DNA from: Octopus vulgaris
Lineage: Eukaryota
Reading direction: 5' to 3'
Assembly (NCBI GenBank): GCA_951406725.2
Contig: OX597815.1
Location: forward strand, 106,888,001 to 106,952,000
Length of the DNA: 64,000 nt
A model generated the notes under the pieces. The model was not told where the DNA came from. It saw nothing but the letters and a program-made list of their open reading frames with translations, and searched no databases. This document shows positions 52,411 to 64,000 of this stretch, one piece after another; the first letter of the stretch is position 1, and the number at the start of each line of letters is the position of its first letter. Made by a program: the position numbers and the translations under genes.

Positions 52411-53759
52411 TTTTCTCCATCAATAGTTACGACTAATAATAAGTATCTAGTATCATTAGTTTCTCATTTCCAGTCAGATTGTTGTTTGAACTAGTTTCCA
52501 ACAAATATGGCATGATTCAGTTGTTGAGACCACCCTCAGAAGAGTGTTGGTGGGCATGAAGAAAATTCCCCCAGATTTACACCACGGGTATCCAGTGCAA
52601 CGAATACTCGTACACACATGCTAGTCACTTGTAGCACTCTAATTTTTTTCGTGAGATTTCGATGAGATTTCTGTTCTGTTTATGGTAAAGCATCAGATTG
52701 CTTCTTTGTCTTTCATCATTTTTCTATATTGCGGATTTTTAAAAAGGGTCTCATTTGTGCCAAGTACTTCTTTTTAGAAGTTATATTGTTCTTGTTCCCT
52801 GAATACTAAATCACGGTCAGAGGCTATACCAGATTCACCATGACATTCTTTATTATATCCTAGTATCACCGTGTTTGCTCTGGTTACTTCGAAAGGGATA
52901 CTTTACACTCAGAAGAATGCCAGTCTCTCTACCAACACTCTTCACTTTCATTTAAAACCATTTTTAATTTCATTAAATGCTGACAGCATCGAGTTTTGTC
53001 CAGCTTTAGTGATGGAATTTAGAGCCCTCCTCATTCCTGCACTAGTAACTCTAGCTTTAGTCAGAGCTTTGCAGAATGAACGCCTCACAAAATCTTGGTT
53101 TCTATTGCTTTCCATTGTGCCCGCCAGCCCCGATTTCTGCTCCAGATATTGAGCACGATCATTGATATAAAGACTATATTATACAGAAATACATATATGC
53201 ACACGCGAAAACGACATGCATACGAGCGCACACACACAATATATACATACAGACATGTACACGTATGTATGTGTGCACCTGCGTATGTGTGTGCGCCCCT
53301 GTACGTGTGTCGGGAGGAAAAACGAGAGACAAAAGAGAAACACAAACTGACTTACAACGAAATCTTTCAATAGGCACACACTGACCCAGGCATGCGGGTA
53401 GGGAAGCACATTTTTAGTTCACTTCTACCCCTATACCTACTTGACTAATACAAGTCTAAATCAGATCTTTCAACTATTAAAAAAGGATTCACTCAGACAC
53501 TCACACACATGTCGCGTGATCAAAGGTCTGACACTCACACAATACTCGTTATCAAAGGTCTGCAAGATCACAACTGACCTGGTGCTAAATAACATAACCT
53601 AACGTAACAGATACACTGGGAATTTTCCAAATACTCCAGTATTCAATAGTTTGGGAAGATAACTATACATATATAGATACACACAGAGACATACCCATAC
53701 ACGCACACGTACGCACGCATTCAATACACACTTAACTCTCCTGAAGCCATTGTACAGGA

Positions 53760-56700
53760 TCACTGAAACGCACAATAACTTATAAAACAAAAGGAATTGA
53801 AGTCGTAAATTAGAAAGTGAAACACAACAGCAAATCAAAATATGTCTACGCCAAGTGTGGGACACTAACATCTACGTTGCAAGAGGGAAAAGAGATGGCA
53901 CTGTAGAGGTAGGAGGCAAAGAAGCACTCCACTTTGAACTTAAAAAATGAAGACCTCTTTCTGCTACCCATATATTTGGGTTGTAGAATGGCAAAAATAA
54001 AATTTGGAGACGTACCACCAGAAATAGACATCTACTGGTTGGTGGCAGCTGCTTTCCTGGACATAGAGGATAAAAGAAACATCCTACAGGTATGAAAACT
54101 GCAAAAACGAAACTGGATGGGGCAAGCTTAGAGTTGTGGGTGCAAATGGATAATGAAAATTTAGAAGCAATTCCGGACATCATAAATTTACCAGACGGCA
54201 CCAACCTCCACGTGTTCGTTGAAGGTAGAAAGCCGAGGTGTCACTTGAGTGGAGACACAGATCATCTAAAGGCTTTCTGCCCACAACAAAAGAGAGAAGG
54301 GAACCCTCAACTTTTGTAGACACCACCAACACCACCAATAACAACAACAGCAGCAGCAGCAGCACTGGCAGAGGTCAGTGACCATTACAGTTGCAAAAAC
54401 AACAGTAACGGTAGCAGAAACATCATTACAGCAGCACCGACAGTAACAAGAATAAGAACAAGAACAACAGAGAAATCAACAGCAGCAAATAGAACAGAGA
54501 ACTCACCAACATTTAGGGCTTCCACATACCAGACAGCAGCAAAAGCAACAGCATCAGAATCCCTCCCCACTTCCACCCAAACAAGAACTTTATTATCAAC
54601 AGAACAATAGCAGAAATCTCCGCAAGACATGCCCCTTCCGCAAGACGTGCCCGCAAGACATGACCCATGTTTGACACATGTCAAACATGTCCTGTAGTGA
54701 GGTGTACGACAAAGAGCCTAAATGGTAAAAAATCGGCCGGTCTAACAAAAGAAAAATAAATGAAACACGTCGACATCAACGCAAAAACTGTCAAGTATGA
54801 TCAGAGGCGAGAGGCACTTTTAAGAGCAAGTACACAAATACTACACCCAATAGTATCCACACCAGTACAATCAACAACAGCATCATTCCCATCACTATCA
54901 TCACTACCGTCGCTACCATCGCTATCACAGACACCATCATCGCAAGCACAACCCAATTCACACATAAAACTCTCAGATCGCATATCCCAACACCAGTATT
55001 TTCGGGTCTGGCGTATGCTACTCGAATGCAAGCGAATGAGTGCGGATTCTCAGCGGCACTTTGCCGAAATGTACGGAGCACGTGGTCGGGGAAGTGGGGT
55101 GGTAGAATTCCCCTCCTATCTCAGCAGTATACCGCGCCTTTCGACCAGGGATGCAGAATCCTGCGAAATGTCAATAACAGCCAAAGACATACGGAACGCA
55201 ATGATGAGTAGCTCAACGGAGAAGTCTCTGGAACTGAATGGTCTGCCCTTCAAGCTTTACCTTCATATGCCAGACTTGTTCGGTGATCTCTTGGCAGTTG
55301 TCTACCGCAACTGGCAGCAGAACAGAAGACTACTCGTTGCTGTGAGCCGTGGCGTGGTGGTACTGATGGGAAAGGACCCGAACAAGGGGACTAAATAGAC
55401 AATTTTAGGTCCATAACTCTAGTAAACGTAGATTATAAGATTTTGCCAAGGAGTTAGCCAGGAGGTTGGGGCTTGTCGATAAGCTGGTTGGTGACGCGCA
55501 GAAATGCGCTATCTGGAACAGATCTACCCATGACAACCTCCACCTCGCGCGTTACATCATAGAGAAGTTAGGGAAAGAACCTGGCAAGAGTGTTGCACTG
55601 ATCAATTTGTATCAATCAAAAGCTTTTGATATGGTCCACCACCAATACTTGGAGGCTGCCTTGCAGCAGCAGGTTTCGGTCCCATTTTCAGAGGCTGGAT
55701 CGCTGCAATTTACAGCGACGTCTGTTAGGTGGTTAAAGTAAATGGCCACCTATTGGAATCATTTAGCATCACACGTTTGGTTCATCAAGGATACCCACTC
55801 TCGTCCCTTCTGTACGTGCTGGTTCTCGAGCCATTACTAAGGAGGATGGATATTTCGAGGGGCATCTCGCGTGAACGAGGATGCGAAAGGTTCGTGTCAG
55901 CTAATGTGGACGACGTCACCGTAATAGTGTCGGACTTCTCGGAATCGAAGTGGTCGACACTATCTTAAGGGAGTACGAAATGTGATAGGAGGAAAGATTA
56001 ATCAGAAGTCGGTGGGCCTGTAGCTTGGTATCTGGAGGAGTTCCATGTCGTCCGACAACGTCATAGGGTGCTCGACGGATGGACCGGTTAAATTACTCGG
56101 TCTGGTTTAGTCCGGACCTCCAGGTGGACATGAACCAAGGAAACTGACCAGCAGGGTGGCCAGTCTCACCCAAAAATTGGCAGAGAGGAAGCTGTACTTG
56201 AAGGGTCGGGAGGATGTGGAGAATGCGTACATCACTTCTGCCTTCTACAACTGCCTGACCGCAGTCCCTTGCCCTGCTTCGAAGCCGATCAAGCTGAAGC
56301 GCTTACTCTTCTATCTTCGGTGGAATTGACGTTCCGCTCGTCAGAAGGTTCATCTGCTGTCAGTAGCCGCTGAGTAGAGGACTGGGAATGCTGAGGTTAT
56401 GCCCAGTGATGCCTCAGACATGCTCTGAGGCTGCGACATCTCTAGCATTTCCTTAACGGTGAGCAGTTGTGGTGCTGTTTGTCAGACAAGATTTTCCGCA
56501 GCTCGTCTCATTGACGGAGCTACAGTCCTGGATCAAGCCTACACTAAAAAACGGCGCTTGGTCGCTAGAGTGTCGGTAGGCGCTCACATCCTTCTGCCAG
56601 TTGAGCAGTGCAGTCAGTGGAAGTTCCACATTGGAGTTCTATAGGGGATTAGTGGCTGGCAAGATCGACGATGACCTCGGGGAAACTCTGGGCGTCTGGA

Positions 56701-57340
56701 GGGAACAATTAGCTGGTCTTTTCCGGAGGAATTTTGGGCCGGGGACTGTGGATAATTTCCAGAAATCTCTGGCCTAGCAATGCTACCGAAGAGCTCTACT
56801 GGTTCGCGACAAACTCTATGGGCACAGAAATGCTATCAGGCGAACCTGACCGAGATGTGCTCACGGCAACGAAACTGTCCTGCATGCACGTGTCCATGTC
56901 TGGGCATTGCTGACTTGTGGAGCTCTGTCGAACAGCTGTTGACGCGTGTAGGACGGATCCAGTTATCAGCCGAATCCATCGTGAAGATCGCCCCGTTTAC
57001 TTCTTTTGACTGGGAAGAGAAAGTAGTTTTCCTTTGTCTGGTGGCTATGGCGAAAGCTGTACTGTAGTGGACGAGGTTGAAAGGGCTGAAGACAGACACT
57101 TTCTTCTTCGGCCAAACCCTCATTGACTTCAAGTTCCATTTTAAAAAGAAAGTGAGGGTGGAGAGGGAAGTCCCCCCCCCCAGTATTTTTGTTAAAAGGT
57201 GGGTGAGCGAGGCAAGGATGGCTCGCATGAATGTATCTACTCTGAATATGAGCTTGTAAATCAGAGGAGTTGAGAAGGAGAGAGGCATCTGCTGAGGTGC
57301 CACTGGTCGTTGGATGTCTCTGGGTGGAACTACACCCTTT
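53760..57340 (+). mobile_element. Degenerate Tx1/L1-clade LINE: ORF1 with zinc knuckle, RT and C-terminal region; apurinic endonuclease (APE) domain missing
   Basis: ORF1 VFVEGRKPRCHLSGDTDHLKAFCP. RT motifs NFRSITLVNVDYKI, LINLYQSKAFDMV, HQGYPLSSLLYVLVLEPLL, SANVDDVTV. Many stops and frameshifts. Confidence 0.9.
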
Positions 57341-57342
57341 TG

Positions 57343-57645
57343 ACCTAATTTCTGGTCTCCTAATTCCCTCGATTGTAATCCCAAGTATTACTCTGTTTGG
57401 GGAGCTGTTGAGAAAGACACATACCGCTCTGGGTGTAAGACCAAGAACGAGCTGATGGAAGTGTTCGAATATCTTTCCAAAGACACATTGAGGAAGGCAT
57501 GCGCCAGACTCTGAGGGCATCATGGGGACAAGGTGGAAGCTGAGGGCGAGTACTTTGAGTAAACCGTTATCTCCCAGCCATAACTGGTTGATGTTTTTTT
57601 GTTATCTTAGGATACTTCTAATTTTGGATTGAACATCTTGTGTAT
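57343..57645 (+). mobile_element. 3' end of a Tc1/mariner (maT/DD37D-like) transposase plus a decayed right TIR
   Basis: PNFWSPNSLDCNPKYYSVWGAVEKDT...LRKACARL...VEAEGEYFE* matches the WPPNSPD.NP.D...W motif; ends aattttggattgaacatcttgtgta. Confidence 0.8.
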
Positions 57646-57647
57646 GT

Positions 57648-57817
<170 letters not shown>

Positions 57818-57904
57818 GTATAAAAGACACTGTTTTAAGGACACGAACGTACATCTTTATTTAGATTTTAGATTTGTAACTTGCATTATTCCTTCTTCTG
57901 ATGT

Positions 57905-58204
57905 CAATTTCGCGGCGGAATTTGAGCTCAGACTGAAGGACGCGAAATGCCGCTAATTATTTTGCCCGGCATGCTAATGATTCTGCTAGCTCACCGTCTT
58001 GAATGACCAAATAATAATTCTTTCTACTGTAGGCGCAAGGCCTGAAATTTTCGGCGAGGTGGGTTGTCGATTACATCGATCCCAGTACTTAAGTGGTACT
58101 TAATTTATCGATCTCGAAAGATGAAAGGCAAAGTTGACCTCGGCGGAATTTAAACTCAGAACGTAGCGACGGACGAAATGTGTGCTAACGATTCTCTTAT
58201 AATA

Positions 58205-58281
<77 letters not shown>

Positions 58282-58459
58282 CCTTTCTACCATCGGCACA
58301 AGGTCTGAAACTTGTGGGGAGGGAGCTGCTCGACTGCTACTTATTTTATCGACCCCGAAAGGATGAAAGGCAAAGTCGACCTCAGTGGAATTTTAACTCA
58401 GAATTTTAAGACAGACGAAATACCGCTAAGCAGTTCGCCCGGCATGCTAACGTTTCTGT

Positions 58460-58525
<66 letters not shown>

Positions 58526-58660
58526 CATTTCTATAACAAGAAGCACATTTCGGGAGAGAGTGTAGTTGACAGATTTTTTTATGCGAATGGTATTTTATCC
58601 ACTTCGCGACGTTGGAAAAAAAAAGGCAAAGATTCTCAACCGGACTTGAACTGAGAACAT
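57905..58660 (-). mobile_element. Cluster of about four Nin/Deu-like SINE copies interleaved with (TAA)n
   Basis: Repeated gaaaggcaaagt(t/c)gacctc.g.ggaattt.aactcagaa; (TAA)n at 58198-58280 and 58461-58525. Confidence 0.85.
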
Positions 58661-59469
58661 GAAGGTACACACATTTGTTCATCACTCTACCACTTTTCCC
58701 ACTTATCATCCCGCTTAACCGATTTTTCTACTCATCTACTCTACGGCAGTGAATACTCTTTAATGCAATATAGTCAAAGCATCAACATGTGATAAATCCG
58801 ATTAAAAGTTTCAGTAGAATTCTATGATTTAAATATTAACAAATACAGAGAAAGGTTCAATAAACGTTTATATTCGGTTAAATGAATTTCAAGAATTAAA
58901 GAAGCAACACTCCTAGTTTTGAAAAGAAAAGCTAAAAATCCAGAGTTATCGCACTTGTTTATCATGTTACCTCCCTTTGATCATTATCGCGACTACAGCT
59001 TTCACTTTTATAATATTTTGTAAATAATAGAGTTGTTTAAATTGATATTATAAGAAAATTTTCTACTGTAGAAAAGATACAAGCTTTTAATTTTAAATGT
59101 TTAATTGAAAGAAATATTTTTTAAAAGTGCATATAAAATATTTAAAAATAAAATGAAAACAAAATTGAAAGAAACTAAAATAAAAACAAATAAGGGAGAT
59201 AAATATGATTGAAAGGCGGAAAACTATATATTAAAAGAACTGATAATTGTTTAATTCTCAGTAAGGAAATTCAGTAACCTTACATGGAAATATACAAAGC
59301 GGTTTTCGGTTGAAGGTACGCGCGTGCGCGCATACTTGCATGTATGTATGTATGTATGTATGTATATACATACACAGACACACACTTACACACACACATA
59401 CATACACAAACACACACACACACGCACACACACACACACGCACACACACGCACACATATACACATGCAT

Positions 59470-59626
59470 ACGACGAGCTTCTTTCAGTTTCCGTCTATCA
59501 AATTCACTCACAAGGCTTTGGATAACTATAGCAGAAGACACTTGCTTAAGGTGCCATGCAGTACGACTGAACCTAGACCCATGTGGTTAGAAAGCAAACT
59601 TCTTACCACACAGCCACGCCTGCGCT
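59470..59626 (-). mobile_element. 5' half of a CORE-like SINE
   Basis: acgacgagcttctttcagtttccgtcta..cacttgcttaaggtgccatgcag..ttaccacacagccac. Confidence 0.85.
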
Positions 59627-59716
59627 TGTAAGCCACGCCTGCGCCTGTAAGCCATGCCTGCACCTGTAAGCCATGCCTGTAAGCCACGCCTGCATGTATA
59701 GACAACGCCTGCCCCT
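59612..59716. repeat. Minisatellite of about 19-bp units (agccacgcctgcgcctgta)
   Basis: About 5 imperfect copies continuous with the SINE 5' end. Confidence 0.85.
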
Positions 59717-60524
59717 GTAAATACTCACTTTGCACTTTGAACTACTACTGTTATAATGTATTTTACTTTTATGGAAAACCATACACGCAACAGAATAATA
59801 GTCAGGTTCTACTCAAAAGATAAAATGTTTTTGTGCTGTACAGAGAGAGAACAATAATTTTTATGAAATTCTTCCGCTAAATGTTCGAGTTTAAACTTGA
59901 GCTCTTCCGTACACTGGAGTATTTGATGCTTAACTATTTTGCTCCTTTGTCGTGGTTATGAGTAAATAAACGAAGATACTTAACAGAATTTAGTTTGCAT
60001 ACTGTGTGTTCGGAGATTCAATACTATCCAGAAAATATTGTCATTGTGTTTCTTGTATTCGCTTAATGTTTGAAAAAGTAGAGAGAAATTAGCTAGTCAA
60101 AAGAAATTTATTTTCTTTACATAAAATCCTCTAGCACTCCTTAGGCAACGAATTAAATGAAACGACTTTATTAAACTATTATCTAATCGATGCTTTTTCA
60201 TTTCTGACAAATTCCATTAATAAATAAATCAATGATCGGAGGGTTGGGGTGCTTTTGTTGCTGTGGTTTAACCCCTAGATCAATGCTGACTGACCAGGCT
60301 TAAAATTTAAGGCCTTCCCGTTGTGACCAAAACCGGCGTATGAGTCCGCATTATCTTGTCCTTAATTTGTATGATAGGAAGTGACATGAGGGAGATTTCG
60401 CTGCAAATTTTTTGCTGGTCGAGCGATAACGTGGAGTCTTCTCCGCTGAGTAATGGATACTCGTAGCCCGTCATCATCAGTACTGCATTGTGTTTCTGAC
60501 CAAAATATCATGTATACGTACATG

Positions 60525-60845
60525 CATGGTGGTTGTCTACACCTTAGATCCATTATGGCGTCTGATGTGGCTTCAAAACCAGACAGTGTATTCAAAAGAC
60601 ACCCACATAGATTACATATCCGATTTGGACAACCAAGAACTGCAGTTAAGTTCTGATCTTTGTGGATCTTAAAATGTCTTTTGAGGCCTCCGTTAGAATT
60701 GCAGACCTTATGGCATACATGGTATTGAAAGGTGTGCACAGATGTATAGGCAGAATATTTGGTAGATGTTCGTTCTCCATGGGTCCTCAAATGAGATTTG
60801 AACCCAGCAAAAGTAAGGCATGGTCTGTCACAAACTGCGCACACA
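60525..60845 (-). mobile_element. RTE-type LINE 3' end with three C2H2-like fingers
   Basis: CAVCDRPCLTFAGFKSHLRTH, CHKVCNSNGGLKRHFKIH, CNLCG..; no TGEKP linkers. The CxxC.R.C....GL.SH.R.H pattern is typical of RTE C-termini. Confidence 0.65.
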
Positions 60846-60860
60846 AAAATTACACGCACT

Positions 60861-60893
<33 letters not shown>

Positions 60894-61394
60894 GCGCACA
60901 CACACACACACACGACACACACATATACATACACACCCACGCGTGTGTATATACATATATGTGTGTATATATACATACATACGCATACATACGCGCGCAC
61001 ACACACACACGTATTAGAATTTAAATTAGGAAAGAAGTCAAATCGGCAGTACCATCGTTTCTGTAAACAAATGAATTTTTTTTATTTCATATCTCAAAGG
61101 ATGTTATGTAATACATTCATTACATAGAAATATATAATAATATTTTTAAAGTTCCTTCATTTCCTCGGGCAGCTTTGTATTAATCCGAATCTCACCGATC
61201 TGTCTTCAATTGCTGGATTACTACACCTGCCAAAGTCCTTCGTGATGTGATGGTGAGGCGATCGCCAGAATTATAATTATTCCCTCACTCACTCACTCAC
61301 TCACTCAATATATATGTGTGCGTGTGTGTGTGCATACAAACGCATACATACATATATACATACATGTATACATACATATATACACATATATATA

Positions 61395-61427
<33 letters not shown>

Positions 61428-61694
61428 ATGTATGTATGTATGTATGTATGTATGTATGTATGTATGTATGTATGTATGTATGTATGTATGTATGTATGTA
61501 TGTGCATAGATAAATGTGTGTGTGTCAGTGTGTCTGTGAATATTTATGCGCGTATGAGCTAAATCGACAGAGTAAACTTAAATATTTCAACCAAAGTCCA
61601 TATATACATATATGTGTGTGTGTGTGTGTGCGCGTGTGTATGTGTGTTTCTGTGCGCGCGCGTGTATATATATATATATATATATATGTATATC

Positions 61695-62074
<380 letters not shown>

Positions 62075-63034
62075 ATATATATATGTATGTGTGTGTGTGT
62101 GTGTGTCAACTTAAACACACACACACACATCTATATCTGTTTTAAGGTCAAGTTATATATAAAAACAATATACTATTAAGCAGAAGGATTATTCAATACA
62201 TTTTAGTAGAGTACATGTTTATTAGTTTTTGCAAGGAAAAGGTTAACAGCGTTGTCAAAAATTCGATATTTCTTAGTCACTGGCATCCATTTCTTTGTAA
62301 ATGTTAGTACACACACACACTAGCGCGAGCACCACTACATACATACATATATGTACATATGAGTGTACATATATATTTATATACACACACAGACACACAG
62401 ACACGCACACACTAACATGTATACGCTCGACGTACATAAATTACGTACTTCCTGTGTGTCTGCGTGTATATATGTGTGCATGTGTATGTGTGAGTGAGTG
62501 TAACCATGTGTCCATTATCATTGTTGGTGCTTGTTTCATGTATAAACCGTGTCAAGATAGAGTTTTATAAATGACTGACTGTTTCTTCTTTCTGAACTGA
62601 TGTCTGGTCAGGGCGGTTTATATCCATTGCAATATTTTCCTGACCATTGGATAAATTTCTTACTTTCTTCTTTTGCGTTTTTGGCTCTTCTTCTTCAGTA
62701 CCTTTGCTGAGTTTCAACTCCTCGTTCATTTTCTGAAAGATATTTGGTACCTAATTAGGCGAAATATTGAAATAATGAATAATGATGATGACGTCAACGA
62801 TGATGATCACTAAGACGTGATGGCTTTGATGATGTGTTAAAGAAGTTTGATGGCGTGTTAAAGCAAGTTAAAGAAAGCATGACGGCTTGATAAGAAGCTT
62901 GCCTCTAAATCACAGAGTTTCTAGTTCAGTTCCACTGCGTGGAAACATGACCTAGTATCATCTACTAGAGATCTCCCGACCAAAGTCTTGTAAGTAGATT
63001 TGATAGACAGAAAGTGAAAGAAACCGTCATACAC

Positions 63035-63067
<33 letters not shown>

Positions 63068-63117
63068 TGTATGTATGTATGTATGTATGTATGTATGTAT
63101 GTATGTATGTATGTATG

Positions 63118-63485
63118 TCTCTTCTATTTTTTAGTTACAATAAATCTTCCACTGAGGAGAGAGCCGGTTTCCAACAAAGATACAAGGTTCCACATTTGGA
63201 ACTTGAGAAAAGTTTTGCATTTTTTACTGCTCCACTAACAGATTGCACTTATAATGTACGAATTAGCCGGTCGATTTCTCTTTCTGAAAATCTTAGTTTA
63301 TCCAGATTCTTCTTCGAGCATTTACTAACAAAACCTAGTCCTCCAATTATTATTGGTATGAATGTGAATTCATAATCTGGATATAGAAGCTGGAGGTTTC
63401 AAAGTAGGTGTCCATAGATATCCTCTTTTTCTTTGATTTTCAAAGTGATACAATCTGCAGGGCATCTGACCTCTATGATGGTACA
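63118..63485 (-). mobile_element. 3' end of a related R4/Dong-type LINE subfamily within (TATG)n
   Basis: CTIIEVRCPAD..KIKEKEDIYG.LL.NLQLLYPDY.F.FIPIIIGGLG..KCKTFLKF parallels the 13.7-14.0 kb copy. Confidence 0.85.
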
Positions 63486-63633
63486 TGTATGTATGTATGT
63501 ATGTATGTATGTATGTATGTATGTATGTATGTATGTATGTATGTATGTGTCATGTGCATGTATGTATGTATGTATGTATGTATGTATGTATGTATGTATG
63601 TGTGTATGTATGTATGTATGTGTCATGTGCATG

Positions 63634-63667
<34 letters not shown>

Positions 63668-63744
63668 TGTATGTATGTATGTATGTATGTATGTATGTAT
63701 GTATGCATGCATGTGCATGTGAGAGTGTGTGTATATATATGATG

Positions 63745-63960
63745 TGTGTGTGTGAGCCTTTGTGCTTGTGCTGGTCCCCCACCATCGCTTGACGGGTGTT
63801 GGCTTGTTTACGTTCCCGTAACTTAGCATTTAGGCCAAAGCAGAACCGATAGAATAAGCACCATTAGTGCTAGGGTCGATTTGTTCGACTAAATGGTTCA
63901 AGGTGGTGTTCCAGCATTGCCGCAGTCTATTGACTGAAACAAGTAAAAGATAAAAGATAA
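63745..63960 (+). mobile_element. 3' half of a CORE-like SINE (5' half at about 62875-63030)
   Basis: tttacgttcccgtaacttagc..ccgatagaataag..gactgaaacaagtaaaagataaaaga. Confidence 0.8.
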
Positions 63961-64000
63961 TACATAGGAACTCATTTGTTCGGGTTTCAAGAGAGATATT

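Noticed and set aside
59612-59716. CRISPR-like array
   Set aside because: No unique spacers, eukaryotic context, and the unit derives from a SINE end.
60362-60859. Host C2H2 zinc-finger gene
   Set aside because: No TGEKP-type linkers, irregular spacing, a frameshift and a microsatellite boundary; it fits an RTE LINE C-terminus better.

Overview
AT-rich eukaryotic DNA full of microsatellites. The SINE families and repeat landscape look like an octopod cephalopod (Octopus-like); this is inferred from recalled repeat motifs and not confirmed by a search. I can support no intact protein-coding gene, and almost every ORF in the supplied track is a read-through of a simple repeat. The window is mostly transposon remains: tRNA-derived SINEs, R4/Dong-type restriction-like-endonuclease (RLE) LINE 3' ends sitting in (TATG)n/(TTC)n, two Tx1/L1-like elements (one apparently ORF1-only), RTE and CR1 tails, Tc1/mariner and hAT remnants, a non-autonomous Helitron and a 5S rRNA fragment. 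The main signal is about 15 minimal type I hammerhead ribozyme (HHR) motifs. They lie in short Penelope-like modules, mostly flanked by (TA)n and often folded back as long palindromes. They include a 458-nt HHR-to-HHR tandem unit (retrozyme-like), a second family copy with compensatory base-pair changes, and an apparent natural G3:C8 core swap. Several decayed exon-like islands (Cys-loop receptor-like, EF-hand, EGF-like) are reported at low confidence. All calls were made by eye, and the edges of decayed elements are approximate.
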